Below the pieces are notes generated by a model. The model saw nothing but the letters and a program-made list of their open reading frames with translations. It was not told the origin of the DNA and searched no databases. From contig NW_003314272.1 in NCBI RefSeq assembly GCF_000143415.4, forward strand, positions 840,184-904,183: a DNA stretch of 64,000 nt, read 5' to 3'. Both the position numbers and the translations under genes were made by a program. The DNA comes from Selaginella moellendorffii. Its lineage: Eukaryota; Plantae; Lycopodiophyta. Below are positions 21,400 through 33,340 of this stretch, in pieces (positions within the stretch are counted from its first letter, which is position 1; each line of letters opens with the position of its first letter).

Positions 21400-23700
21400 C
21401 TGACGCTCAGCGGCAGCAACAGCATGAACGAGGTGAATTATGGAGAGGGTGTGTGGTCCAACAAAGGAAAGCAGCAATGACGGAAAGAAAAGTGAGCGAC
21501 TTTATCAGGCGTGCATTAAACGTAAGTAGTAGCCAATGCTGGTAAGTATATATTCGGGTTTTCTTTCCTTTATCTTCGTGTTGTTTCCTCCTCCTTGCTT
21601 GATTCCGCTTCCGTTTTTGTTTTCGTTATGGTTTGAGTTTAGCTGCATTAAGTTAGTCTAGATGCTGGTTCCTGAGAGTGCGGGTGGGATTTACAGGTGG
21701 TTCAGAGGAAGCACTGTTTCCCATGCCATCTATCAATTAATGCTCTCTGACAAGTACATTCATTGCTTTCCAGGTCGCCACCACATTTTCTTTGGTCAGC
21801 AGAAGGCGATCACAGCAACAAGCAGGAGAGAATTCGTAACGCAAAGCAGCTTTCGTTCCTCCTAATCGGTATGTTAAAAGCGGAGAGGGTGCTCCTGGCC
21901 TGGCTGCTTTAAGCTCGTTGAGGTATCACAATTCCTGGAACTATCTTTTGTTATGATCTCTCCCTTGTCCCTTTTTTTTATTCTTTCCCCTCCTCGACTT
22001 TTAGGCTTTTGAGCTTCTTTCTTTATTGCTTTAGCCTTTGGGTTTGATCGTGATGCCTTCACATTCTCAGCAGAATTCAATGCGTCGCGCTAACAAATTT
22101 GCTTTTTGCTACATTGCAGCCAGGCATCAAGTTGGGGGACGGGTACTTTGACATTACCTGGCATTTTTCCCGTCTATCGTTTTCCCGCTTGTGCTTGCTG
22201 GTTGGAAGCCTGTAAGTTAAGACATATCCAGTTACAGTTACCTAACTATTTCAGCAGGGACACCACCAGCGGACTCGCACTATTTGGCCAGTGCATATCA
22301 CTGGAAACGTTTGTTTGGAAGCATCCGCTTTTGTCAAGCTTCACGCTTAGACATTTGTTTACCCGCCTGCCAGGAGAGCAACAAGACTTTCGGGTGTCCT
22401 CCGAGGACATACAAGCTTGGACTTTCGGAGGTTATTTTATTCTGTTGAGATCATTATCACTGGCATTATCTCGTTGGAGTTGACCGGGTGAGTACGCTTC
22501 CCATGTTTTTTCTTTGTTTGATTCGTTTTCTCTTTCTCAAGCTTCCTAAGTGATTTCCTGGTTGGTTTGGTGTTTCAGACTTTGGGCGGTGGTGAATTAC
22601 ACCGTCCAGCTCTTAAGGCACATCCCAGAATCTATAATGGCTGCTGCAGTCTATTTCCTTCAGAGCACACATGCTGAAAAAAAGTACCTAGTGTCGCTCT
22701 CGGGATGCATACACCATGCAGCAGCAGTTCATTACTATCTACTAGCGACGATGTACAATGCTTCAATGGTTCGATTGAAAGCTTGGTAGGCCTTCAATGG
22801 TTCTGTCTGGCGTTCGTTCCTCTCTCCTCAATGCAGGTGTAAATTTCTTCAGAGCGGCCATGAAAGTTTTCAGGCCATGGAGAGCTTTCAGCCATCGTCA
22901 CAAATGCGAGGTTGCGTTTCTCTCTTTTATTTGCAATTGTTTCTTGCTGATACTTTATTGTTTCTTCCTTTGTTTTCTTTCTGCTTGAATTGATGCTGAC
23001 AGATGAACGCTATGATCGAGCAATGGTTGGTAGGACATTTCTCATGGAAGTTGCAGTGGTAAAGTAAGTTGTGCTTTGATCTCCTCATGAACTTTGTAGT
23101 ATTTTTTCTTCTTTTTCAGGTACGCTGATGCTTTGAGCTGCAAATTGCTCATTGTGTCGGCGTGAAATCAACATCCCACAGGTAAAAAAACGAGCAATTT
23201 CCTTCCAAGCTATTTGCTTTTGTGGCCGAGGTAAACTATTAGATTTGTTTCCTCATCCTTGAATGTTGACAGGGAGATGCATTCAAGGAAGGTGTTGGCA
23301 CAGCAGTTATTGAAAACGTTGAGCAATTCTGTCTGGTGTCTCTATTTGGGATCTTATCCTGTGTCTCTTCTCGCCAGAAGATATATCTCATGAACGGTGT
23401 GATGCTTCAATCAGGTTGGTTCTTCCTTTTTTTCCTTGATATTAATTCGTTTTAGAAACATTTTGTTTGTGCATCGGTAGTGTTGCTGGCTGTTGGCATT
23501 CTAGCCAGTGAATGCATCCTAGCTGTGTACTGCACTGGTGCGTGGCTGCTACTTGGAAATCTAGGATCATGGATTTCTGTCCATATTTTTCTCTTCGCCG
23601 ACTTCTGAAACGAAGACCGACTTTTTGAGTATGTTGAGTATGTCATCGACAACTGTTCTCAATATCACAGCACCGGGAAAAGCTACAAACGATAAAACAA
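21400..23700 (+). other. Probable spliced transcription unit of unknown product
   Basis: Repeated GTAAGT/GTGAGT donors and pyrimidine-rich CAG acceptors at intron-like spacing. I could not assemble a continuous recognisable ORF. Confidence 0.35.
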
Positions 23701-24058
23701 AGGTTTTCTGTCAATGTTTTCGTGGTTGGATACTGATTTCTTCCTTGGAACAAGACTCAAAGGATCACGAAGGAGCAGACAATGAATCTTTTATCCAGTC
23801 GAATCAAGTAAGAGCATTTAAGTTTGTGGATGTTCTCAAGCTCAATCCCGTAGCTTACAGACAGAGCTAGAGGTCATCGGACTTGAATGGTGCAAGCTTG
23901 TTACCAATAAATGCCCCGAACCCCTGCTCCTGTTCTGGCGATATACGAACCAAGTGAGATCAGATCTTTTCTCTTTCCTTTCTTTATGTAACAGGCTCAC
24001 ACACACTATTCACACAGAGCTGTCTATCCACAAGAAGATCGTGATCTTCGCTTTACTA

Positions 24059-24382
24059 CTAAGTGGAGCGAGCTCGCTTGAGGCCTTGCTCCGCTGGATA
24101 AGTTCCGGTAGCGGCAGTGACTTGCGAAGGGAGATTGCTGAAGCTGCGAATAAAAGAGGTGGGGAGGCCGGCGTAGAGCTCCACCACTCTCTTGATGTTG
24201 TAGTTGAGCTCCTTAATGAGCATCACATTTCGGGAGAGGCTCTCTGGGATCTGGGACTCCTGGTTGACGTTGATCTCCTTGATGAGCAGCCGGTTGTGGT
24301 CCAGTAGGAACTGGACCTGGTGGAAGGTTCTCTGGAACACACCCCATGCCTTGCCTTCTGCTCCACCCAAGCTGGACTCCAT
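24059..24382 (-). CDS. ELF4-like (DUF1313) circadian clock protein
   Basis: FQRTFHQVQFLLDHNRLLIKEINVNQES.IPESLSRNVMLIKELNYNIKRVVELY. Confidence 0.92.
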   Translation of the reverse strand: MESSLGGAEGKAWGVFQRTFHQVQFLLDHNRLLIKEINVNQESQIPESLSRNVMLIKELNYNIKRVVELYAGLPTSFIRSFSNLPSQVTAATGTYPAEQGLKRARST

Positions 24383-24831
24383 ATCTCCTCAAATCCTGTA
24401 ACAAATACTTCCAGCTTGTAAGCGGCCAGAAGAACAGAACTTGGGAATGAAAGCAACCCACCTTGACAGTGTTCTTGGTTTCTCTCCTGGATGGAAGACA
24501 CCGAGGCTCGAAGCAATGGGTTTTCTTCTGCGAGGAAAAACCTTTGTGAGCTCTGTCACTTTCTCGCTTGCCTGCTTTTATTCTTCGTTGCAAATCCGAA
24601 TGTAAATCCTAGACAGCCCAAACGCATGAGCATTTTCGTCTGAGTGACGAGAATAAAGTGGAAAAGCGACAACGTATGGGCACACCTTTCTATGCCCAGT
24701 TCTTGGCTCTGCAAAAGCCAGTTTTATTAGCACGCACTGGGAAAGGAAAATAGTGGCACGAAACATGGACGCCTGGACGAGGATGTTTTTTTACCGGTGC
24801 GTCGTGTGCTGGCGGTGGCTTTCGTCTTTGC

Positions 24832-26602
24832 TTACGAGCCTTTCTTGCCAGATAGGAAGTGCTCCGCCACGATCCGTCTCTGGATCTTCCCCGTCGCGGT
24901 TCTCGGCAGCTCGTCCGCGAAGAACGTCCGGCGTGGGAGCTTGAACTGCGCCAGGTTCTTTTTGCAGAAGGCAAGGATGTCTTGCTCGGTGGCGGACTCG
25001 CCTTTGTGTAAAACAACGGCCGCGTTCACCTGGAAAAGGAGGTCGTTTAATGAAACACTGCTTCTCAGGAGAAACGCTCTCACCACTTCTCCGTATTTTT
25101 CATCAGGCGCTGCAAATGCCACGGCTTCTGATACTGCCGGATGAGCGAGCAAGACGGCATCCACCTCGAGGGGCGAAATCTTTTCGCCTGCACAAAAGCT
25201 TTAGAGATGAAAAAAGAAAAGAACAAGGATCACACAAAGACGCACCTCCCTGATTGATGAGCTCTTTAATTCTCCCGGTTAAAGTTACGTAGCCATCCTC
25301 GTCGAGAAAGCCTCTATCTCCAGTATGAAACCAGCCGAAAGCGAAAGCCGTCTTGTTAGCCTCGGGATTGTCCTTGTACCCCGTGGTCACATTCGGGCCG
25401 CGGATGCAAACCTCTCCCTGCTTCGTCTTCTCCTGCTTCTCGCCATTGTCATCCAGAATAGCCAGCTCTATCCCCGTTGGCTTGCCTACAGTCCCCGGCT
25501 TGTGAGGCCCGTGAGAAGGTAAAGGATTGGACGTCATCTGGTGGCTCGCCTCCGTCATCGCATACGCCTCCAAAACCGGAGCCGAGAAGGCCTCTTCCAA
25601 GTTCGCAAGCACCGCCGGCGCCAGCGACGCGCTACAGCTCCGGATGAATCTCAGCTCCGGATACTCCGCCTCCGGATTGCTCCTGTGACGAGCCAGCAAA
25701 ATCTGATGGACCGTTGGCACCGCCGAGTACCACGTAGCTCCATACTCCTTCACGTCCTTCCAAAAGGTGGCGGCCGAGAAGCGTCCAGCGGCTGGGAGAA
25801 TGGCTGTCCCACCCGATGCCAGCGTCGAGAGCAAGCTACACATGAGGCCGTGGACGTGGAAGAGCGGCAGCACCACCACCGTCTTGTCCGTCACCGAGAG
25901 CTCGTAAGTTCCCACGATATTCTTCACGGAGGAGGCGAGGTTGAACTGGGTGAGTGGCACCCCCTTGGGTCTGCTCGTAGTCCCGGAGGTGTGGAGGAAG
26001 AGGGCCACATCGCTTCCAACCGGATGTGGGAGATCCAGATCTTCCTTCTCGGAGTTTAGCTCGAGCCTGTTCTTGGGGGTGACTTCCACGATCAGAAGGC
26101 CCGTCTCTTCCTCTTTCCCCCAGTGGATTCCTGCCACTGGCAAGCCGAGCTGGTCGGCAGCCTCCTCGGCGCTCTTGTTTCCTTCCAGCCCTGGGATTAG
26201 CAGCAGCGACGATCCAGCATCTTGCATAGAGAATCGAAACTCCTCCGGTGTGTAGGCCGAGTTCAAGGGAGCTGCGACGCAGCGGAGCTTGGCCACGGCC
26301 AAGAACACCACGACGAACTGCCAGAGAAAAAGAAAATGCGAAATTTCGACACAGGATTGGCCCTATCCTCACGCGCTTACCTCGATCGTGTTGGGGAATG
26401 CGAGCGAGACGAGGTCGCCAGGATTCAATCCGGTGCGCTTGAGCTTGGACGCCGTGCGGAGAATCGCTGCCTGGAGCTCGGCGTGCGTGAGGCGCGGGCC
26501 GCCGGAGGCGATCAATGCATCGCTGTCCGGCTCCAGTGAGGCGCCGTCGACGAGGAGTTCGATCAGCGTGAGATTTCCATCCGAGGGAGTTGTGGCGGCC
26601 AT
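24832..26602 (-). CDS. AAE3: Oxalate--CoA ligase (acyl-activating enzyme 3), 4 exons
   Basis: LFLHTSGTTSRPKGVPLTQ AMP-binding motif; LPLFHVHGL; EAYAMTEASH; WFHTGD; GRIKELIN; LPRTATGKIQRRIVAEHF. Confidence 0.9.
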
Positions 26603-26772
26603 TGCTAGATCGAAGAGACGAACACTACACGTGTCACGCAAGAACCTATGTTCTAAAAGGGTGAAAAGTAAATAAACCCTATGTGACGGCATATACCATG
26701 AATATGACAGAATATACTACAACAGCGATTTTAGGGTTCTATAGATTTAAAAATTTGAATGATACTTTTTAG

Positions 26773-28386
26773 ATGCTCGATCGCCATGCGTGCTTGGACC
26801 TCGTAGATCCTCCCAATTCTTCCTTGCATGGTCTCCACCCGCGCATCGATCCATCCAATCGATCTCGCCCTGACGCCTTCGCGGGCAACAAGCTCATCCA
26901 GATGCACGGCAAGCGCGGCAGCGTCGAGGAGGCGCGCCGCGTCTTCGATTCGATCCAATCCAAGGATGATTACTCCTGGGCGATGATGATTCACGCCTAC
27001 GCGCGCAACGCCCGCATGGATCACGCGCAGCAGCTCTTCGACGCGATGCCGCGGCGCAACCTCGTGTCCTGGACCGCGATGCTCAGCGGCTATGCCCGGA
27101 TCGGTCATCTCGAGCGCGCCAAGGGATTCTTCGATTCCATGCCGGAGCACGGCCTCCACTCCTGGACGGCGATGCTCACAGCCTACGCGATCCACAGCCA
27201 GCTCCTCGCGGCCGCCAAGATCTTCGCGGCCATGGAGGAGCGCGATCGGGTCTCGTGCACGGCAATGCTCTCGGCGTACGCCAAGAACGGACGCCTCCGC
27301 GAGGCGAAGAAGATCTTCGACGCGATGCCCGAGTGGGATCTGGTGACGCGCGACGCGATGCTCGCGGCATTTGCCGACGCTGGGCAACTGGATCGCGCAG
27401 AAATTCTGTTCGAATCCATGGAGGAGGCCGATCTTGTGGCCTGGACGTCGATTCTCACTGCGGCAGGAGCCACGGGGCGCGTCGCTAGCGTCAAGAAGAT
27501 CTTCGATCAAATGCCCGAGAGCGATCTTATCTCTTGGACCGTGATGCTCGATGCATTTGCCCAGAACGGGCATTTGGAGGAGGCCAAGCTCTTCTTTGAT
27601 AGAATGCCCGAGCACACGATCTTCGCGTGGACGACAATGCTCAACGCGCTCGCCCAGCATAGATACCTCGACGAGGCAAAGCTTCTCTTCGATCGAATGC
27701 CACACAGAGATCGCTTCGCCACGACCTCGATGCTCGTCGCGTATGCCCACAACGGGCATCTGTGCGAGGCGCGCGAGATATTCGATTCCATCCACGGCAA
27801 ATCGCTCGTCCCGGAGACGGCGATGGTGTCCGCCTACGCGCGCGCCGGCAAGCTCCGCCTCGCCGAGCGCCTCTTCGATCAGATGCAAGAGCGCAGCATC
27901 GTCTCCTGGAACGCGATGCTCGCGGGCTACTCCCACAATGGCCGCTCCATCGCCCTCTTCGCGGCGATGAATCTCACGGAGTTCCCAGACGAGATGTCGC
28001 TGTGCTGCGCGCTGCTGGGTTGCGCCCACCTCGGAGATCTCCATCGCGGTTGGGAGTTCTTCGTGGCTATGGCAATGGATTTTGTTCTAGCGCCGCGCAA
28101 GGAGCACTACTGCTGTATGGTGAGCCTCCTGGGGCGCGCCGGGCATCTCGCCCACGCCGAGGAGCTCCTCCACTCCATGCCCTTTGTGCCCGAGGCGCTG
28201 GATTGGACGTGTTTTCTCAGCGCTTGCCACGCCCACCGCGACGCCGAGCTCGGGGCTAAAGCCGCCAAGCTCGTGATTGACATGGATCCACACCATGGCG
28301 CTGCCTACGTGCTCCTTACCAACACGCATCGATCGAGGGCGCTTAGAGGGCGATTGGATTCTTGTTCGATCGATCAGGTGGATTGA
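26773..28386 (+). CDS. PLS-class PPR protein with SS-motif array and E extension, no DYW domain
   Basis: About 12 repeats of 31 aa (e.g. NLVSWTAMLSGYARIGHLERAKGFFDSMPEH); HYCCMVSLLGRAG..MPFVP..W..FLSAC..YVLL (S2-E1-E2 start). Confidence 0.93.
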   Translation: MLDRHACLDLVDPPNSSLHGLHPRIDPSNRSRPDAFAGNKLIQMHGKRGSVEEARRVFDSIQSKDDYSWAMMIHAYARNARMDHAQQLFDAMPRRNLVSWTAMLSGYARIGHLERAKGFFDSMPEHGLHSWTAMLTAYAIHSQLLAAAKIFAAMEERDRVSCTAMLSAYAKNGRLREAKKIFDAMPEWDLVTRDAMLAAFADAGQLDRAEILFESMEEADLVAWTSILTAAGATGRVASVKKIFDQMPESDLISWTVMLDAFAQNGHLEEAKLFFDRMPEHTIFAWTTMLNALAQHRYLDEAKLLFDRMPHRDRFATTSMLVAYAHNGHLCEAREIFDSIHGKSLVPETAMVSAYARAGKLRLAERLFDQMQERSIVSWNAMLAGYSHNGRSIALFAAMNLTEFPDEMSLCCALLGCAHLGDLHRGWEFFVAMAMDFVLAPRKEHYCCMVSLLGRAGHLAHAEELLHSMPFVPEALDWTCFLSACHAHRDAELGAKAAKLVIDMDPHHGAAYVLLTNTHRSRALRGRLDSCSIDQVD

Positions 28387-28392
28387 GAATTG

Positions 28393-30114
28393 ATGACTCT
28401 CTCGCAGGGAATGACGATCATCGAGCCTAACAACAGCATTCCTGTCGATCGGGATGCCTGCATTGAGCTCATCCAGTCGTGCCGGAGCGTTGCCATGGCA
28501 TCGATCGCGCATTCTAAATCCCAGCATCTCTTCCACAGCGATTCCTTCGTGAGGAATCAGATGATCCGGGCGTATGGGCGGTGCGGCGACGCATCGCGCG
28601 CTCGAGATATCTTCGATTCCACGCCGGCAAACAGGGATCGATTCTCGTGGGGTCTTCTTCTCGCAGCATATGCCCATAATGGGCATCTTGAGCTTGCGAA
28701 AGAAACCTTTGATTCCATGCCCCGGCACAACCTCGTCGCCTGGACGACGATGCTAGCAGCGTTTTCTAATCGTGGACACGTGACAGAATCTAAGCGGTTG
28801 TTTGACTCAATGCTAGAACGAAATATTCTGTCGTGGACCGCTATGCTTTCTGCATATGCCCAGGCCGGAAATCTGGAAAGCGCCAAGTCCTTGTTTGATT
28901 CCATGCCCGAGCACGATCTAGTCGCTTGGAATGCCCTTCTTTCGGCATATTCTATCAACGGGAATCTTCACGGCGCAAAGCGCATGTTTGATTCTATGAA
29001 GGAGAAAGACGTCGTGTCGTGGAACGCGATGCTTCACGCATATGCCCAATCAGGGCATATTGATCAAGCAATAGGGATCTTTAAGAACACTCCAATGCAA
29101 TCCTTGGTATCTTGGACGACGATTCTCGTGGCATATTCACAAACCGCGCTCTTGGATAAAGCAAAAGGGCTGTTTGACAAGATGCCGGAGTGGGATATAG
29201 TCTCTTGGAATGCTATTCTGTCAGCATATGCCCGGAGTGGGCGTGTCAAGGAGGCAAAGAGGCTGTTTGATGGAATGGAGGAGAAGGATCTAGCGTCGTT
29301 CATAACCATGGTGACGGCATATGCTGGTAACGGACATTTGGAGGAGGCCAAGGTCTTTCTTGACGGAATGGCACAATGGGACATTGTCACGGTGACGGCG
29401 CTGCTAACGGCATATGCTGAGAGAGGGTATCTGGAAGATGCTAAGCGCTTGTTCGATGGCATTGAGAATCCAGACCACATTCTCTGGGCAGCAATGCTTA
29501 ACGCATATTCCCAAAACGGGTATCTCGCTGAAGCGCTAGAGCTCTTTCGAATGATACCCGAGCACAACAATTTCCTCTCCATTGCGATGCTCGTAGCATA
29601 TGCCCAACGTGGGCATCTAAATCTCGCGATCTCTATATTTGATCGCCTACCGGAGAGGAACTTGATTGCCTGGAACGCGATCCTGGCATCATGCGTCAAC
29701 AACGGACGATGCGAGGTTGCGGTTGAAAGCTTTCACTCGATGAAGCTCGTGGATCTCCCGGATGAGATGAGCTTCATGTGTGTTCTTGCGGGTAGTGAGC
29801 TCCAGTCGAGCGTCAGCTCCTTCCTCTCGATGATTACGGACTTTAACGTCGTGCCGAGCAAGCAGCACTATTCTTGCGTCATTGATCTCCTCGCGCGATC
29901 CGGGCACTTGAGCCACGCCAAAGATCTCATCACAAACATGCCATTTGTTCCAGACGCTCTCGACTGGAGATCTTTACTCGCTGCTTGCAAGAGCTCCAAC
30001 AATCCGGGACTGGGAATCCACGCCACGAAACAAGTCGTGAGTTTGGAGCCTAGAGATTCGTCGCCTTACATGCTCCTGGCAAACTTGACCACCGAAAACC
30101 AGGAACTTCTCTAA
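28393..30114 (+). CDS. PLS-class PPR protein with SS-motif array and E extension, no DYW domain
   Basis: 31-aa repeats (DVVSWNAMLHAYAQSGHIDQA...); HYSCVIDLLARSG..MPFVPDALDWRSLLAAC..YMLLAN. Confidence 0.93.
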   Translation: MTLSQGMTIIEPNNSIPVDRDACIELIQSCRSVAMASIAHSKSQHLFHSDSFVRNQMIRAYGRCGDASRARDIFDSTPANRDRFSWGLLLAAYAHNGHLELAKETFDSMPRHNLVAWTTMLAAFSNRGHVTESKRLFDSMLERNILSWTAMLSAYAQAGNLESAKSLFDSMPEHDLVAWNALLSAYSINGNLHGAKRMFDSMKEKDVVSWNAMLHAYAQSGHIDQAIGIFKNTPMQSLVSWTTILVAYSQTALLDKAKGLFDKMPEWDIVSWNAILSAYARSGRVKEAKRLFDGMEEKDLASFITMVTAYAGNGHLEEAKVFLDGMAQWDIVTVTALLTAYAERGYLEDAKRLFDGIENPDHILWAAMLNAYSQNGYLAEALELFRMIPEHNNFLSIAMLVAYAQRGHLNLAISIFDRLPERNLIAWNAILASCVNNGRCEVAVESFHSMKLVDLPDEMSFMCVLAGSELQSSVSSFLSMITDFNVVPSKQHYSCVIDLLARSGHLSHAKDLITNMPFVPDALDWRSLLAACKSSNNPGLGIHATKQVVSLEPRDSSPYMLLANLTTENQELL

Positions 30115-30299
30115 GATCTCGACGGAGCCGCTTTCATTATTATCCAGGTGATGAGCTGAAACGAGCTCGATCCACTTATGGAGAATCGAAGTGTTGCAAC
30201 TATCTCTTTTTGTTGATGCTGTTAAGAGGCAAAATTCGGCGAAACAAACAAAGCTTTCTTCTTCTGAGCAATGGCTGGGACATTTTTTTCTCTTCTCCT

Positions 30300-30417
30300 G
30301 TACAAGAGGAGGTGAAGCTGACACTGAACAACATTTGAAACGGGGCCTGGCACATCACCCGCAGGTAGTTGTCGTCCTCCAGCCGGTAGCATGACTTCTT
30401 GTGGAGAACTTTGTCCA
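30300..30417 (-). pseudogene. Duplicated 3' fragment of gamma-carbonic anhydrase
   Basis: DKVLHKKSCYRLEDDNYLRVMCQAPFQM aligns with 35165-35250. Confidence 0.8.
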
Positions 30418-30899
30418 AGGAGTGGAGTTTAGATTAGAAAGAGAACATCAAACTAACAATCTCAACATCGAAACGACAGTTAAGTCCAGAACACAAGAAT
30501 ACAGGCCGATGAACACAGGAAGTTAATGGAAACACAGACCTTGGATCATTGGTGCAAGCTGGCGCGGACCTGTAGCAAAGTGTAGCACTTAAAAATAAAG
30601 GAGAAACAAAAATAAACCTAATTTAAAAGGTGCTCCAGACATTCTCTTAAGACCTTCTGGGACTTGGGAATCACAGCCATAAAAACACTCATCATGTGCA
30701 CAGTTTGCACTCTCGATATATAGATCTCATCAAATTCACAACCACGTTTCAATAAGTCCAACACCTTAATGTTAGCATTGTATATAAACTAGCTAGATTT
30801 TCAAATAGCTTTATCATTTATCAAGGGTGTCCAACTTCACCCTGGCTCAGTAGTTCCACATTGGTAGAAATTCTCTAGGCAAGTCTTCATTTTTATGGC

Positions 30900-33340
30900 A
30901 AAAATTATACACATATATGTTCATGGGATGAATGAATATAACTATATATATAGGTGATCTTAAGTTTAAGTTTCTATTATTATAAATGGTGTTGAGTCAA
31001 GTTTTTAACCTCATGCTTAGTATAGATTGGTTGTAACACAATCATGCCAAGTGTGATTTTGAGGTGTCTCTCTTTTGTTTTATACTTACTTATTTTATAT
31101 TTTTTAAAATTTTATTTTACTTCATCCCTCTACTTTTACTTTTGATTTTATCACTTTTGTTTCTTTATTACTTTTTCCTGTATTTCCATTTTACTCCTTT
31201 ATACCATTTTTAGATCCTTCAACAATCTTTATATTGTAGTAGTTCATCAAGTTAATAAATAGTATGCTAATCTTTTTTACTTTAACCTATTATCTAAGGC
31301 CAAGATTGTAATGCATCATACTATTTCAACTGAGGATAGTTGTCCAATTAAGATTCTTGTTTAGCATCAGTCATTGAAAGAGATCAAAATTTTATGCATA
31401 AATGTTAAAGAAATGTTAGAGAAAGGTGTTATCTGAAATTTTCAAAGTCATTGCTCGTATGAATTTCATCTTATGACAAAGTGTAATGGGAGTATTTGAT
31501 TTTACATTAACCATTGTCCATTAAACAAAGTGATTATCTTGGATGTGTACCTTCTTGTTCATATTATTAATTTATTGAATCATTTGAATTGGTTCACTAA
31601 GTTGAATTTTTTTTTTAGATCCTTAGAAGTATTAATAGTTAAGGAAGATGTTCCTAAAACTACTTTTTATATATCATTTAATTTGTATAAATTGTTGGTG
31701 ATGTTATTTGGTTTAAACAATACTCTAATGACTTTTTAGTGGATGATGGATGAAATTCTTTGCGATATGCTAGAGGATATTACTGACTTCATTAATAATG
31801 TTTTGATCCATTTGAAGGGGATATGGGAGAAACATATTTATGATGTTTACAAAGTGTTGAATTGATTGTAAAAAGTTGGTTTAAAGTTGAAGTAATCAAA
31901 ATATGTATTTGGGTTTAAAGATATAAAATACCATATTACTCATGAAGATTTGTAAGTTGATCTTAAAAAACTTATGGCTATTTTGAAATTCCCTACTCTG
32001 AAGTGTGTAAATGATGTGCAATGCTTCATCAGTAAGGTGCAATATCGTAATCATTTTATTGATCATCTTTCTAATTATATTACACCATTATGAGTATTGC
32101 TGAAGCTATCAACATTGTTTTTCATTTAGAAAATTTTAAGTAAATATTTATGGCTCTCAATGAGCTATTTACAACTCCACCAATTTCAGCATATTTGAAA
32201 TTCATACTCAACATTTTATTATATGTGTAGGATGTATTGATACAAAAGAGCACAAGTATGTATAGTTAACATCATTCTATTGATTGGATATGTGTAGTGC
32301 ACTTTATTTATCTCCCATTAAACCAACTAAAAAAGGGGTAATTACATCTTAAAAGGTTTTAGTGTTTATTTTACCGCCATTTATCAATTAAGGTTTCAAG
32401 GATCCATAGTGACAATATATCTAAATATCATCTCATAATTATATATATTACAATATGCAACATAATGTTATTTGGTATGTGCATAGTTACATAATAATAC
32501 TCATAATACTCTCCCTCATGTTGCAAAAGGATAATTAAAATTAATTGTAATTTCCTATTTATTTGAGTTAATAGTGTTTGATTTAATATTTGTAATCAAC
32601 TACTAGTAATGAGTATGTCATTTTTACTTATAACTATTTGATTTGTTTGGTGAAAGTTGATACTTTTGCAAGTGTATCTGCAACTATTATTAAATACTTC
32701 CTCCTCAATCAAATGGTGTTTTAACATTTTGTCTGGGGTAGATTTTCTCAGATAATAGTCTGTGTTTATGGTTGAGGCATTTCACATTTTACATCTCGAT
32801 TAGGAATGTGTTATAATTTTATGAATGCTTATCATCCACAAATGGATAGTTTGATAAAACCACTTGTTTAAACCTTCAGAGGGATGATCATGAAGTACAT
32901 GCATTTATAACATTCCAATTGGGATAATTATTTACCATTTTTTTGGTATGTATATGTTATAGGGGTATAAAGTTCTATTGATGCTTCACTATATAAACTA
33001 TTATATGATCATGATTTAACACTGCTAACATGAGGTCACTTTTACAATTGTCAAGAGTTGCTAATACTAGGTTTTGGAATTAATATTTGATAAATAATCT
33101 TCCACTACTTTGAGTAGAGTTTATTGAACACTTTGGCTATGTATAAGTGGGATAACAATAATGCTATAACTTCTATCATCTTCTAACTATGGAGTATAAA
33201 GTGAATAACATAATATTAGTTTCATTTTCCTAATTTTATGATATATAAAGGGGCTCTTTACTTAATGAAAGGGAAGAAATTCTGATCGTTTCCAATCTCT
33301 TGAAGGTGGGAGAAGGTGTAAGGCATGTGAAGAAAGGGAG
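30900..33340 (+). mobile_element. Heavily decayed, AT-rich Ty3/gypsy pol remnant
   Basis: EDVPKTTF..LVMLFGLNNT..F*WMMD (RT); NAYHPQMD (integrase); PPT-like GAAGGTGGGAGAAGG followed by TGTAAG at 33317. Confidence 0.8.

Noticed and set aside
26731-28044. 437-aa minus-strand ORF and similar ORFs antisense to the FUT, HPPD-like, AAE3 and CDI genes
   Set aside because: Shadow frames of GC-rich coding sequence with no independent motifs.
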